DNA of 64,000 bases from Hormiphora californensis (GCA_020137815.1 CM035353.1:5642001-5706000), one strand, 5' to 3'; positions 1-12,472 are shown, numbered from the stretch's first letter. Notes: generated by a model not told the origin, from the sequence alone. A program made the numbers and translations.

Positions 1-67
1 ACGCTGCTCCCCAACGACAGCAAGTGGGTGGAAGTACGGGAGGTACACGACACACACACACACCTCG

Positions 68-1307
68 GTGTCAAGGAAATGCCTATGTGGCAAAAACCCT
101 ACTGAACCCGGCAGCTCTGGTCTCGTACACTGCTATTCCTGCAATACTCACTATCATGCAGACTGCGTTGGCCTTAATTTCCTCTCTATTGCAAAAGGGT
201 CCATCCCTATTACCGATGGTGTTTATAACGCCCCTGGTTGGTCTTGCCCTGTTTGTCTAGTTTTCGCCCAACTGATGCAACCCGACAGTGCATTATTCAA
301 TAAAATAGCTGAAAACGCTGCCCGCATCTTCGCTTCTACCGCAACTGCTCCTACTAAAACCGTCACCCAGCAACACACTCGAGCTGAAAACGCGCCTACA
401 GACATTGCTACTCCCCAATGTAACAGAGCAAACTACTCGGATGCTTTGAACATCAATACACCTGCCACAAGTGCAATTGATTCAACTGCCGCAGCTCCGC
501 AACCCCAAGGTCATCCCCAGGCTAGAACTAAACAAACCCAGCAACAAACCCCCACCCAATCACAACCCCGTGAGAGAGTGCATAAGCTGCTTATTTCTTG
601 CGGTGTTAACGACTCCAGTAAAACAGCCAAGTCTGTAAGTGACTGCCTTGCCGAGACACCTATGCTGTTCCTTGACACAAAAAAATGCTGCAGAGATCAA
701 GATTGGATTCCCTGAATCAACTAACATTAATGCAGTAATACAGCTAGTCACAGAGGCGATACCCAAAGATGCAACAGTTACCACTCTATCCTCCACTGCT
801 AAAGTGACTATACTGAATGTACCTGAAAACATTGAATCCTTGTCAAACGACCAAGCTAAGAATAAAGTGCTAACCATGCTCCAACTCAAAAACCCATGGC
901 TCAAGACTGAAGAGGTAACCATCGTGTACATCAAAAGTCACTACCGGAATAAGGATAAATGTACCATTGGCCTGCGTCTACCGATTCCCGCACAACAGCG
1001 TCTCCTTGACGCCGGTAAAATATACTATGCAACATCCCGACTTAATGTTGTGGAACGTTTCCACATTCCACAGTGTATCAAATGCCACCGTTTCAACCAC
1101 AGGACCACTGAATGCACCAGCTCAGTACTAGTTTACAAACTTTGTGGAGATAATCACGATGTCAAGGATTGTACCGATAGGAAAAAACTGTTTTGTATTA
1201 ACTGCAGTAGTTCTGATGCATTCAAATCCGAGGCCAGCCGTCACCACAGTGGAGATAGATTGTGCCCTGTCCGCCAACAGTTGCAGCAGTTACATTCAAA
1301 AAACTAG
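68..1307 (+). CDS. LINE ORF1 (PHD finger + zinc knuckles), interrupted by one +1 frameshift in the A7 run at ~679-685
   Basis: CLCG..HCYSCNTHYHADC..WSCPVC (PHD) in ORF 68-715; CIKCHRFNHRTTEC, LCGDNHDVKDC and CINC..H..C in ORF 639-1307; removing one A gives ...FLDTKNAAEIKIG; the frame is open to the window start. Confidence 0.85.
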
Positions 1308-4243
1308 ATTTGCTCAATGTCCCTTATCTTCGGATCGGTAATCTTAATTGCTGCTCACTGCGAAACAAAACTGAAGAAGTACTAATTCTAGCCGCCGAAC
1401 AGGAACTAGATGTACTATGCATTACTGAGTCCTGGTTATCCCCTAATGATGAAGCCCTCTCAAGAGAAATCGCTGAGCTGAACTTCAATTTACTCTATGT
1501 GGCTAGAGGTAGCAGAGGTGGGGGCGTGGCACTCATTTATAGGGATGGAATAAATGTAAAGAAATGTAAACCGAAGAAAAAGTTCCTAACCTTTGAGCTT
1601 CTTGAAGCCACTATTTACGGTCCAGGTATTGATCTCACAAGAATAGCAGTAATCTACCGCCCTCCAAACCAACATAAGCAGATACAGTTTCTGGATGATT
1701 TTGAAGCTTTCTTGTCCTCTTTCTCTTCGAAGTCTGGCCATTTGATGATAACCGGGGATTTCAATATACATATCGAAAAGCCTACATGCACTCTTGCAAA
1801 CGGTTTCCTGCAAACCTTGGAAGACCATGGATGGATCCAGCATGTTCAAGAACCCACCCATATCCTAGGAGGAACCCTGGACCTTGTATTGACGAAGGAT
1901 GTCCCTATTGTAAGCTCTGTGAATGTTATCCCGACCCCCGAGGCTCCAGACCACTTTCTCGTTGACTTTCATCTACATTGTGGGTCAGCGAACAGGAAGC
2001 TAATCTCTAAGAAAGTTACTGGACGATCATTGAAGAAATTATCGATTGAAACCCTGAAAACCTACATACTCCAATCTAAACTCTGTAAACAACCTCTTCC
2101 AAAGACCGTTGAGGAGTGTGTTGAACTCTATAACACTACTCTTGTACAGATACTAGATGAACTGGCACCGATTGAGGATAAAGACATCAAACTCTCCAAT
2201 AAACCACAGTGGTTCAACCAAGAGTGCTATAATGCCCTTAGAAGGCGAAGGAAGGCTGAGCGAAGATACAGGAAAACCCTTAAACAAGCCCTACAAAAGA
2301 AAAACAAAGGCAAACCCGTCCCCCACGACAAAGTGCTAGATGCAGAGAAGGAGTTTATCACTGAAATCCGTGCTGCAAAGCTTGTTTTCACTCGAGCCAG
2401 AAGAATGTTCTTCCAAATACGCCTTGAAGCCGCTGAAGGTAATCCTGCTGCTACCTATCAGATCCTGAACTATCTTCTTGGCAAAGAGAAAGTTCCAAAG
2501 CAGTTACCAACCACAGATGAGCCTGAGAAGCTTCCAGACAAGATGATGGACTACTTCAAATCCAAGATCGAGAAGATTTATGAGACAATTAAAGAGGACC
2601 CTGCTTACTCAGCTGATCTGCCAACTATTCCCCATGAACTATCTGCTCATAACTGCCCGGTACTCTCCAAGTTTAGGACAGTGTCTGACGCCGAACTTGT
2701 ATCAACTGTTCGGAGCATGAACAAGAAACACTGTCCTCTCGACCCTATTCCATCCACCATGGTAGCTGGTTCTCTGACAGAACTCGTCCCCATTATCTCT
2801 AAGATTGTGAACGGTAGTCTATCGGACGGAGTGGTTCCAGCCAACTTAAAATCCGCTGTTATCCGACCCTCCTTGAAAAACAAAGAACTGGACCCAGACG
2901 AGCTCAGTAGCTACAGACCGATCTCTAATCTCTCCTTTGTGTCCAAGATCCTAGAAAAATATGTTGCCGATCAACTCACTGAGCACATTGAGAGCAATGG
3001 ACTTTTTAGCAAGGTTCAGTCTGCGTACCGCTCACACCATAGCTGTGAGACTGCAACTTTGAAGATCGTAAACGACACTCTAATACAGATGGACAAGAAA
3101 ACAAAAGTGATCCTTGTGCTGCTCGATCTATCGGCAGCTTTTGACACTATATCTCACTCTAAGCTCATTCAACGTCTACAGCAAGACTATGGAATCACTG
3201 GCAGAGTTCTCAAATGGATAGAGTCTTATTTGAATGATAGAACTGCGATAGTGAAGATCGGACCGAACGAATCTGCTACCACGACCATCAAAATCGGAGT
3301 CCCTCAAGGATCGATATTGGGGCCCCTTCTCTTCATACTCTACACCCGTGACTTAGAGAATATTGCTCAGCTGTACAATCTCAAGATACATATGTACGCA
3401 GATGATACACAGCTCTCTATATCTTTTGTGCCTGAAAACCTAATTTCAGCTATGAGCCAGGTACAAAAGTGTGTTGCTCATATTAGACTATGGATGGCTC
3501 AAAATCTTCTCAAGTTGAATCCTAACAAGACGGAGGTCATGATACTTAACAACAAATGGGATAAATCGGAAGCTCCTGATACAGTCGCCATAACAGAAGA
3601 TGAGGATACAGTTGTAACTGAAGTAGCCAAGAACCTGGGAGTAATATTTGATAAAGAGCTAAACATGACCAAGCATGTAACACGGATAGTCCAGATGGGC
3701 AATCTACAGTTAGTAAACATGTGGAGGATAGCTAGTAAGCTAAACAAGAACCAGAAGACTCTTCTTGTCAACACCCTGATACACTCCAGGATCGATTACT
3801 GTAATGCCCTACTCCTTGGTTCGAAGGAATCCGATATAAAACGTCTCCAAGTACTCCAAAACGCGGCCACACGATTTATATACGGTCAGCGCAGCAGAAG
3901 AGGTGTAACCGAATTGAGAAAGAAATCCCACTTCCTTCCAATCAACCAACGCATCGAGTACAAAATGTGCCTAATGGTATACAATGCACTTAATGGTAAA
4001 TCTCCATGCTACATCACTGAGATGATCCAGAAGAGGCAGGCGAAGTCCAAGAAACTCAGAGTAGATGACGATGACACAAGATTAGAGGAGTACCACTGCA
4101 AGTACAAGGTTACTGAGAAAGCATTTAGCATTGCTGCACCAAAACTCTGGAACAGACTTCCAAAATTAATCAGGAAATCAGAGTCTGTAACAACATTCAA
4201 GAAATCACTGAAGACTCACCTGTTCAACATTGCCTATGGCTAA
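1262..4243 (+). CDS. LINE ORF2: apurinic endonuclease + reverse transcriptase (intact 993-codon frame, no N-terminal ATG)
   Basis: EN motifs GNLN, ITESW, GGGVA, YRPP, GDFN, TLDLV, DHF; RT motifs YRPISNL, QSAYR, LDLSAAFDT, GVPQGSILGP, YADD. Confidence 0.96.
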   Translation: MPCPPTVAAVTFKKLDLLNVPYLRIGNLNCCSLRNKTEEVLILAAEQELDVLCITESWLSPNDEALSREIAELNFNLLYVARGSRGGGVALIYRDGINVKKCKPKKKFLTFELLEATIYGPGIDLTRIAVIYRPPNQHKQIQFLDDFEAFLSSFSSKSGHLMITGDFNIHIEKPTCTLANGFLQTLEDHGWIQHVQEPTHILGGTLDLVLTKDVPIVSSVNVIPTPEAPDHFLVDFHLHCGSANRKLISKKVTGRSLKKLSIETLKTYILQSKLCKQPLPKTVEECVELYNTTLVQILDELAPIEDKDIKLSNKPQWFNQECYNALRRRRKAERRYRKTLKQALQKKNKGKPVPHDKVLDAEKEFITEIRAAKLVFTRARRMFFQIRLEAAEGNPAATYQILNYLLGKEKVPKQLPTTDEPEKLPDKMMDYFKSKIEKIYETIKEDPAYSADLPTIPHELSAHNCPVLSKFRTVSDAELVSTVRSMNKKHCPLDPIPSTMVAGSLTELVPIISKIVNGSLSDGVVPANLKSAVIRPSLKNKELDPDELSSYRPISNLSFVSKILEKYVADQLTEHIESNGLFSKVQSAYRSHHSCETATLKIVNDTLIQMDKKTKVILVLLDLSAAFDTISHSKLIQRLQQDYGITGRVLKWIESYLNDRTAIVKIGPNESATTTIKIGVPQGSILGPLLFILYTRDLENIAQLYNLKIHMYADDTQLSISFVPENLISAMSQVQKCVAHIRLWMAQNLLKLNPNKTEVMILNNKWDKSEAPDTVAITEDEDTVVTEVAKNLGVIFDKELNMTKHVTRIVQMGNLQLVNMWRIASKLNKNQKTLLVNTLIHSRIDYCNALLLGSKESDIKRLQVLQNAATRFIYGQRSRRGVTELRKKSHFLPINQRIEYKMCLMVYNALNGKSPCYITEMIQKRQAKSKKLRVDDDDTRLEEYHCKYKVTEKAFSIAAPKLWNRLPKLIRKSESVTTFKKSLKTHLFNIAYG

Positions 4244-4349
4244 CTTTCGTTCCTATGATATCATACATACAATACCTAGTATGATCGTAACCTGAATGAC
4301 CTTTCGATTTCCTCTGACCTCCTGAATCCTGACCTCTGAATCCTTTCAT

Positions 4350-5070
4350 AGATTCTATCCTCAACCACTCATCATATCCTCCACCATCCATCCTATCCTC
4401 CACTTTTCGTCCTATCCTCCACCATCTGTCCTATCCTCCACCATCCGTCCTTTCCTCCACCATCCGTCCTATCCTCCACCTTTCGTCTTATCCTCCACCA
4501 TATATGCTATATGCTCTATCCTCCACCATCCTATCCATCCTATCCTTCACCATCCGTCCTATCCTCAACCATTCGTCCTATCCTCCACCATTCGTCCTAT
4601 CCTCCACCATCTGTCCCAGTCTCCACCTTTCGTCCTTTCCTCCACCATCCGTCCTATCCTCCACCATCCGTCCTATCCTTCACCATCCGTCCTATCCTCC
4701 ACCATCCGTCCCATCCTCCACCATCCGTCCTATCCTCCACCATCCGTCCTATCATCCACCATGATCTGGAATATCCTCCACCACCATCTGTCGCATCCTT
4801 TCACCATTCGTCCTATCCTCGACCATCCGTCCTATCCTCCATCTTTCGTCAAACTTTCCACCACCCGTCCTATCCTCCACCATCTCTCCCATCCTCCATC
4901 ATCCGTCCAATCCCCCACCATCCGTCCAATCCCCCACCATCCTTCCTATCCTCCACCATCCATCCTAATTCCTATCCTCCATCATCCTGTTCCTATCCTC
5001 TATCAGCTGTCCTAGACACTACCATCACTCCTATCCTCCACCATCCGTCCTATTTCACCACCATCCCGAG
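4350..5070 (+). repeat. Minisatellite, ~19-bp unit CCACCATCCGTCCTATCCT
   Basis: Roughly 35 degenerate tandem copies directly abutting the LINE 3' end. Confidence 0.92.
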
Positions 5071-5111
5071 TTAGGAGAGACGTCCTCCACATATTGTTCA
5101 GAGCTAGGGTT

Positions 5112-5939
5112 CCCGGTGTCCCGATTTTTTTTTCACGCCTGGAATTTTCATTTTGGGAGCTCGTTTTGCTGCAGGAATTTTACTATTTGCTGCAGTCATG
5201 GATAGGGATTTTGCCGTCCTAAAATACCCCGGCAGTCCCAGTACCCCTAACATTGGAATATTTCCCTACTGCAGTCCCTATAAGGTTGGAATATTCCTTG
5301 GAATATTCCATCTTTGCAGTGCCTGCTGCAGTGCTGCTGCAGTAGTGGAAATTCCTTGGAATATTCCATATCTGCAGTGCCTGCTGCAGTGCTGCTGCAG
5401 CAGTGGAAATGTCTTGGAATATTCCACTCAGGGACTGCAACAGTGACTATAACGATCTCACCCCTTTGTAAAGCTATGGGGAAAAAAGAGAGCTATGTTA
5501 AAGTATGAATCTCTCTTTTCTTCCCCTTCCCTGCTGCAGTGCTGCAGCGACTGCAGAGATGGAAAATTCCGAGAAAATTCCACTCAGGTACTGCAACAGT
5601 GACTATAACGATCTCACCCCTTTGTAAAGCTATGGGGAAAAAAGAGATCTTTGTTAAAGTATGAATCTCTCTTTTTTTTCCCCCTCCCCCTTACTCGACT
5701 GTTGTCGGTGCATTACGCACAACTGGGGCATGCCCCAACATATTCTATCTCTCTGTTACACACTGTTAACACTGCAGCACTGCTGTATCTCTGTGTGTAA
5801 GTATGGGAAATATCTTCTGCTGCTGCAGCAGCAGCTGCTGCAGTCCCCAATATTTTTTCATTTTGCTGCAAGGATTTTGTTTTGCTGCAGAATTTTTGCA
5901 TTTATCTTTCCTTCATATTCCAGAGATCGGGACACTGGG
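5112..5939. mobile_element. Non-autonomous DNA transposon, 14-bp TIR CCC(G/A)GTGTCCCGAT, 8-bp TSD CTAGGGTT
   Basis: TIRs 5112-5125 and 5926-5939; CTAGGGTT at 5104-5111 and 5940-5947; internal CTGCAG/GGAATATTCC repeats and a direct repeat (~5434-5520 vs ~5590-5677). Confidence 0.85.
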
Positions 5940-6879
5940 CTAGGGTTTTTTGAGTGCGTATTCTTGTTCGTTTGTGTGTGGTGGGTGTATGGGTTAGTAG
6001 GATCTTGGCAACTGAGATATGGAGTAGAGTCTGAGGGTAGTCGAGAATTGGCCGAGTATGGGCCAGGAGAAAAAGTTACAAGAAACGTGTACCGTTACGA
6101 AAACGGCTGAAAGTGCAGTTATTCCTGCAGACTGTAAATGAACACTTCGAAAGTGATGATAAGTACGTGTTTATCAATGACAATCTTACTATTTTTATGT
6201 AAACGATGTGTGCTGAACATGATTTACTGTTTCCAAGTAGTCTAGGTATGCTGTGTCCGTTTGTGTGTGCACCTTTGTGTTCTCTTATGAGATGACCATT
6301 TTTTAATTAACTTATTTAACTTAACTTATTTGTGTTTTGTGTATGTCTTTATTTTTTGGGTGTTGGGGTATAAGTGTGAGTGTGAGTGTGAGTGTGAGTG
6401 TGATGTGAGTTTGAGTGTGAGTTCTGTGTGTGTGTGGGTGTGTGTGTGTGTGGTGGTGTTTTGTAACTACCGTATTTTTAACTAACTTATTCGCCTTTTT
6501 CTTTTCGATTTTAGTAATTTATTAAACCTGGTTAAATCTATCTGTCCGTTTAGCTCTCAGCTCATTGTTACCCGTCTCATTGGTTCGTCTGTGTGTGTTT
6601 GTCCCGCTTTAGGTAACTGCTGTTGTGCTATTAGCCTCGGCCTAGAAGCGTATATTAATGTACTTAATTTTTAACTATATTTTATACGTATAGTGTAAGA
6701 GCGGGAGAGTCATATATTTTCTTATATTGACTTGATATAAATTGTGAAGTTCATATTCATATTCATATTCAAATTGGCTTGTTATGGGTCGGTTATTCGA
6801 GACTCTAATTCAACCTCTAATAATTCTCTAAAATAGTATCGCTATTTATAATCCCTCCCGCACAACCCTTTTCTCATTC

Positions 6880-7103
6880 AATCAATAAATGCGATAAATC
6901 GTTAACTTGAGGGTCGTCCATTGTTATGTACAATGCGAAATATAATTCGCATTGTTAAATCCTGCATCTATAATTATGCGAATATTAACAATGTGATATG
7001 TAATATGTTTCGCATTGTCCATAATAATACAACTCATAATAGATGGCATAGAGGCTAGAATAATTGACGACTCTCAAGTTAACGATTTATCGTATAATTG
7101 ATT
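6880..7103. mobile_element. Small inverted-repeat element (MITE-like); duplicated at ~10896-11119
   Basis: CGATAAATCGTTAACTTGAGGGTCGTC at the left, GACGACTCTCAAGTTAACGATTTATCG at the right. Confidence 0.6.
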
Positions 7104-7202
7104 GGGGGACACCAACCAATATGTTCTTGCTGATCGCAGTAACCAAATCTAAAATCGGGTTTATTTTCTATACAATATCCGTTAGTTAGTGCAGTGCCGT
7201 GT

Positions 7203-8456
7203 ATGGAATATGAAGACAACAGTTTACACGAAGCTGTAAGATTCAGCGACCTAAACGAGGTACATAGATGTTACACATAGTATATTGTATCTTCTATTTG
7301 ACCATTAATTATATAATAACTAGTGGGAGCGCTGACCTTGTCGTTTTATACAGGTACAAGAAGCTTTGTCACTCGGGGAGGATCCAAACGCATTTGGGTT
7401 TTACAAATGGACTGCCCTGCACGAGGCAGTGTCAATGGACAATCACGGTAAAGATGATTTGAATTGTTTTTATTTTTTTAGCGGAAACAGTCCACGAAAT
7501 GTGCGAGGAAAATTATACCAGTCCGGTGCACACTACACAGTGCACATGTATCTATTGATTGGGAATGAAGAGGCAGTGTTTTGGCCTTGACGTACATGTG
7601 TTTATCCCACGTGAAACACCAACTAGATGTAATTACTTCTAGGTATACTAAAGTTGTTGCTAGAGGGCGGAGGTGACCCTAACAAGGCTGATTTATGCAA
7701 GGGAAACACACCATTACACATGGCTGCAGAAAACGGTACAATCACTAGTCACTGCAATCAATTTGCTTTTTAGGAATTTTAGCCGAACACAATTAGTCAT
7801 GTGTTAGATCCGAATCATGGCTTATTTCCTTGACCCCGCTAGATGAACTATGGCTCGCATGATATCCTCCATACATTTATTATTTGTTTTCTGACTAGGT
7901 TTTACTGAGAGTGCAAGACTGTTACTATCACATGGTGCTGAACGAGATACCAAGAATTTCAATGGGAATACTCCAATGGAAATAACAAATAATGACGACA
8001 TGATAACACTGCTTCAGACATTTTCCGGTATGCCGTATGTCCCTTATTAGGGGAAACAGCAAACAAAATTTGCCATATAATCGGGGCAAAGTGGACCAAT
8101 AGAAATACGTGTGTCAAGTGACTTTTTTAGAGACCTGATGTATCTTTATACCGATATCGTTTATACCGATATTTAATCAGGCGAACCAGTGAAACGAATT
8201 GCACCTGAGGTACGCGGCCAGGGGACAAGTGAATCCACTTCCATTAATACAATATCTCGACCAAATTCCGTTTCATCTCTCCTCAGTTCGGGTGGTGGGA
8301 GTTTTCAAAATTCTCCAACTTTCTCATCTCCCACCTTTGGTAAGTTTAGTTGTTCTAGTACTACCAATACTAATTGTACATGCAGTCAATCCTCGACCTA
8401 CTGGAAATCTTGGTAACTTGAGGTTTGACTGTTTGCCCAGTACCAGGACAAGATAA
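7203..8456 (+). CDS. Ankyrin-repeat protein, 6 coding exons (copy 1)
   Basis: Phase-compatible exons ~7203-7259, 7354-7447, 7643-7735, 7899-8027, 8181-8339, 8386-8456 give MEYEDNSLHEAV..GEDPN..KWTALHEAV..LLLEGGGDPN..GNTPLHMAAENG..LLLSHGA..GNTPM.. plus a Ser-rich tail. Confidence 0.85.
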
Positions 8457-8703
8457 AAATACAATTGCTAGAACAACAACAAAAATGCTTCATTTAACAC
8501 AACAGCAAGTCAGCAGCCCTATCAACAGAGACGCTCTTTAACATGAAATATTATATTCAACTCAAATTAGAACACATCACATGTGATCTTAGTATACAGA
8601 TACTGTTATAGTAGAGTGCGAGTAGGACCAGAGTCTGAAAGAATTAAAGATAAGCTAATAGCTATTTTCGCAGAAAAGATGCAGCTAAATAGTTTATATT
8701 TTT

Positions 8704-9150
8704 CTAACTTTTTTCACTCTCACTCTTGCCATCATTACTGTTCTGTACCGTCCCCATTTCAATGCTCTCTGCTGGCTCTTCAAGAGCCCTATTAGACATC
8801 TTCATCAGTATCAAGGAAAAGATCTTTCTAACTGCATTCCATCCCCATTGTGCCCACGTCTCCACCTTCCCGTATACACTATCACTATACAGGAGGGGGT
8901 TGATGATGGAGTTGATGGGAAGGATGATAACGGATAGAACCCCATAGTACGGTGTTGCATCCACCACCTGTCCCATGTGGAGTCCAGATGTGACCATGAC
9001 AGGCAGCCAACAAAGCATATTTGTACCGATGATGAGGGAGATCTTGCGTTGGGATTTCTTCTGTTGTTTTAGCCTGGCAATGTGGTTGTTGTTGTTGTTG
9101 ATGTTTTCATCTCCTGATCCCCTTGTTACTTTACTTACACTCCTGTTTAG
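8704..9150 (-). pseudogene. Orphan duplicate of the terminal exon (TM6-TM7) of the LDLa-7TM receptor
   Basis: Matches 12720-13166; upstream exons are absent because the duplication ends at 9379. Confidence 0.75.
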
Positions 9151-9261
9151 CTGAAATAAGAGAGTGGTTAAAAATCAAAATAGTTGGAAATCCAGAATCC
9201 CCCAAAAATAAAATGCTGCAAGGCAAGTCTACTCAGATAAATCCAAATACATAGTACTCGT

Positions 9262-9370
9262 CAGGAACCGACCGAATCAGGAAATACTGGTCCCTAATTG
9301 GCTGATGACCAGTCACGTGACCTAAATAATGAGTTCTGATTGGTTGTTTACTTGTTTCGGTCGGTTCCTG
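9262..9370. mobile_element. hAT-like MITE (CAGGAACCGACCGA TIR), 8-bp TSD GTACTCGT
   Basis: CAG...CTG termini; TSD at 9254-9261 and 9371-9378. Confidence 0.88.
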
Positions 9371-11218
9371 GTACTCGTTCTTGGTTGGGGAGTGAATTTG
9401 AATATCCTCAGGCTGCATCTGCAGCATGAAAGTCTGGAAATTCATCAGGGACTGCAACAGTGACTATAACGATCTCACCCCTTTGTAAAGCTATGGGGAA
9501 AAAAGAGAGCTATGTTAAAGTATGAATCTCTCTTTTCTTCCCCTTCCCTGCTGCAGTGCTGCAGCGACTGCAGAGATGGAAAATTCCGAGAAAATTCCAC
9601 TCAGGTACTGCAACAGTGACTATAACGATCTCACCCCTTTGTAAAGCTATGGGGAAAAAAGAGATCTTTGTTAAAGTATGAATCTCTCTTTTTTTTCCCC
9701 CTCCCCCTTACTCGACTGTTGTCGGTGCATTACGCACAACTGGGGCATGCCCCAACATATTCTATCTCTCTGTTACACACTGTTAACACTGCAGCACTGC
9801 TGTATCTCTGTGTGTAAGTATGGGAAATATCTTCTGCTGCTGCAGCAGCAGCTGCTGCAGTCCCCAATATTTTTTCATTTTGCTGCAAGGATTTTGTTTT
9901 GCTGCAGAATTTTTGCATTTATCTTTCCTTCATATTCCAGAGATCGGGACACTGGGCTAGGGTTTTTTGAGTGCGTATTCTTGTTCGTTTGTGTGTGGTG
10001 GGTGTATGGGTTAGTAGGATCTTGGCAACTGAGATATGGAGTAGAGTCTGAGGGTAGTCGAGAATTGGCCGAGTATGGGCCAGGAGAAAAAGTTACAAGA
10101 AACGTGTACCGTTACGAAAACGGCTGAAAGTGCAGTTATTCCTGCAGACTGTAAATGAACACTTCGAAAGTGATGATAAGTACGTGTTTATCAATGACAA
10201 TCTTACTATTTTTATGTAACGATGTGTGCTGAACATGATTTACTGTTTCCAAGTAGTCTAGGTATGCTGTGTCCGTTTGTGTGTGCACCTTTGTGTTCTC
10301 TTATGAGATGACCATTTTTTAATTAACTTATTTAACTTAACTTATTTGTGTTTTGTGTATGTCTTTATTTTTTGGGTGTTGGGGTATAAGTGTGAGTGTG
10401 AGTGTGAGTGTGAGTGTGATGTGAGTTTGAGTGTGAGTTCTGTGTGTGTGTGGGTGTGTGTGTGTGTGGTGGTGTTTTGTAACTACCGTATTTTTAACTA
10501 ACTTATTCGCCTTTTTCTTTTCGATTTTAGTAATTTATTAAACCTGGTTAAATCTATCTGTCCGTTTAGCTCTCAGCTCATTGTTACCCGTCTCATTGGT
10601 TCGTCTGTGTGTGTTTGTCCCGCTTTAGGTAACTGCTGTTGTGCTATTAGCCTCGGCCTAGAAGCGTATATTAATGTACTTAATTTTTAACTATATTTTA
10701 TACGTATAGTGTAAGAGCGGGAGAGTCATATATTTTCTTATATTGACTTGATATAAATTGTGAAGTTCATATTCATATTCATATTCAAATTGGCTTGTTA
10801 TGGGTCGGTTATTCGAGACTCTAATTCAACCTCTAATAATTCTCTAAAATAGTATCGCTATTTATAATCCCTCCCGCACAACCCTTTTCTCATTCAATCA
10901 ATAAATGCGATAAATCGTTAACTTGAGGGTCGTCCATTGTTATGTACAATGCGAAATATAATTCGCATTGTTAAATCCTGCATCTATAATTATGCGAATA
11001 TTAACAATGTGATATGTAATATGTTTCGCATTGTCCATAATAATACAACTCATAATAGATGGCATAGAGGCTAGAATAATTGACGACTCTCAAGTTAACG
11101 ATTTATCGTATAATTGATTGGGGGACACCAACCAATATGTTCTTGCTGATCGCAGTAACCAAATCTAAAATCGGGTTTATTTTCTATACAATATCCGTTA
11201 GTTAGTGCAGTGCCGTGT

Positions 11219-12472
11219 ATGGAATATGAAGACAACAGTTTACACGAAGCTGTAAGATTCAGCGACCTAAACGAGGTACATAGATGTTACACATAGTATA
11301 TTGTATCTTCTATTTGACCATTAATTATATAATAACTAGTGGGAGCGCTGACCTTGTCGTTTTATACAGGTACAAGAAGCTTTGTCACTCGGGGAGGATC
11401 CAAACGCATTTGGGTTTTACAAATGGACTGCCCTGCACGAGGCAGTGTCAATGGACAATCACGGTAAAGATGATTTGAATTGTTTTTATTTTTTTAGCGG
11501 AAACAGTCCACGAAATGTGCGAGGAAAATTATACCAGTCCGGTGCACACTACACAGTGCACATGTATCTATTGATTGGGAATGAAGAGGCAGTGTTTTGG
11601 CCTTGACGTACATGTGTTTATCCCACGTGAAACACCAACTAGATGTAATTACTTCTAGGTATACTAAAGTTGTTGCTAGAGGGCGGAGGTGACCCTAACA
11701 AGGCTGATTTATGCAAGGGAAACACACCATTACACATGGCTGCAGAAAACGGTACAATCACTAGTCACTGCAATCAATTTGCTTTTTAGGAATTTTAGCC
11801 GAACACAATTAGTCATGTGTTAGATCCGAATCATGGCTTATTTCCTTGACCCCGCTAGATGAACTATGGCTCGCATGATATCCTCCATACATTTATTATT
11901 TGTTTTCTGACTAGGTTTTACTGAGAGTGCAAGACTGTTACTATCACATGGTGCTGAACGAGATACCAAGAATTTCAATGGGAATACTCCAATGGAAATA
12001 ACAAATAATGACGACATGATAACACTGCTTCAGACATTTTCCGGTATGCCGTATGTCCCTTATTAGGGGAAACAGCAAACAAAATTTGCCATATAATCGG
12101 GGCAAAGTGGACCAATAGAAATACGTGTGTCAAGTGACTTTTTTAGAGACCTGATGTATCTTTATACCGATATCGTTTATACCGATATTTAATCAGGCGA
12201 ACCAGTGAAACGAATTGCACCTGAGGTACGCGGCCAGGGGACAAGTGAATCCACTTCCATTAATACAATATCTCGACCAAATTCCGTTTCATCTCTCCTC
12301 AGTTCGGGTGGTGGGAGTTTTCAAAATTCTCCAACTTTCTCATCTCCCACCTTTGGTAAGTTTAGTTGTTCTAGTACTACCAATACTAATTGTACATGCA
12401 GTCAATCCTCGACCTACTGGAAATCTTGGTAACTTGAGGTTTGACTGTTTGCCCAGTACCAGGACAAGATAA
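11219..12472 (+). CDS. Ankyrin-repeat protein (copy 2, no differences from copy 1 seen)
   Basis: Same exons as 7203-8456 shifted by 4016. Confidence 0.85.

Larger units (their letters stand above)
1..4345 (+). mobile_element. Non-LTR retrotransposon (LINE), CR1/L2 group; 5' end at or beyond the window start
   Basis: ORF1 with PHD finger and CCHC knuckles followed by APE-endonuclease + RT ORF2; ORF2 C-terminus AFSIAAPKLWNRLP..FKKSLKTHLF is L2/CR1-like; short 3' UTR ending in small TGAATCCTGACCTC-like repeats (~4310-4345). Confidence 0.93.

Noticed and set aside
679-685. Programmed frameshift inside LINE ORF1
   Set aside because: It needs +1 in a plain A7 run, the same error type seen elsewhere in the window; a homopolymer indel is simpler.
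4504-5074. Pro/Ser/His-rich extensin-like ORFs
   Set aside because: Frames through a 19-bp (non-triplet) minisatellite; similar peptides appear in all frames.
5661-6110. 149-aa ORF (and its copy 9678-10127)
   Set aside because: Begins inside a MITE, crosses its TIR and TSD, and shows no domain signature.
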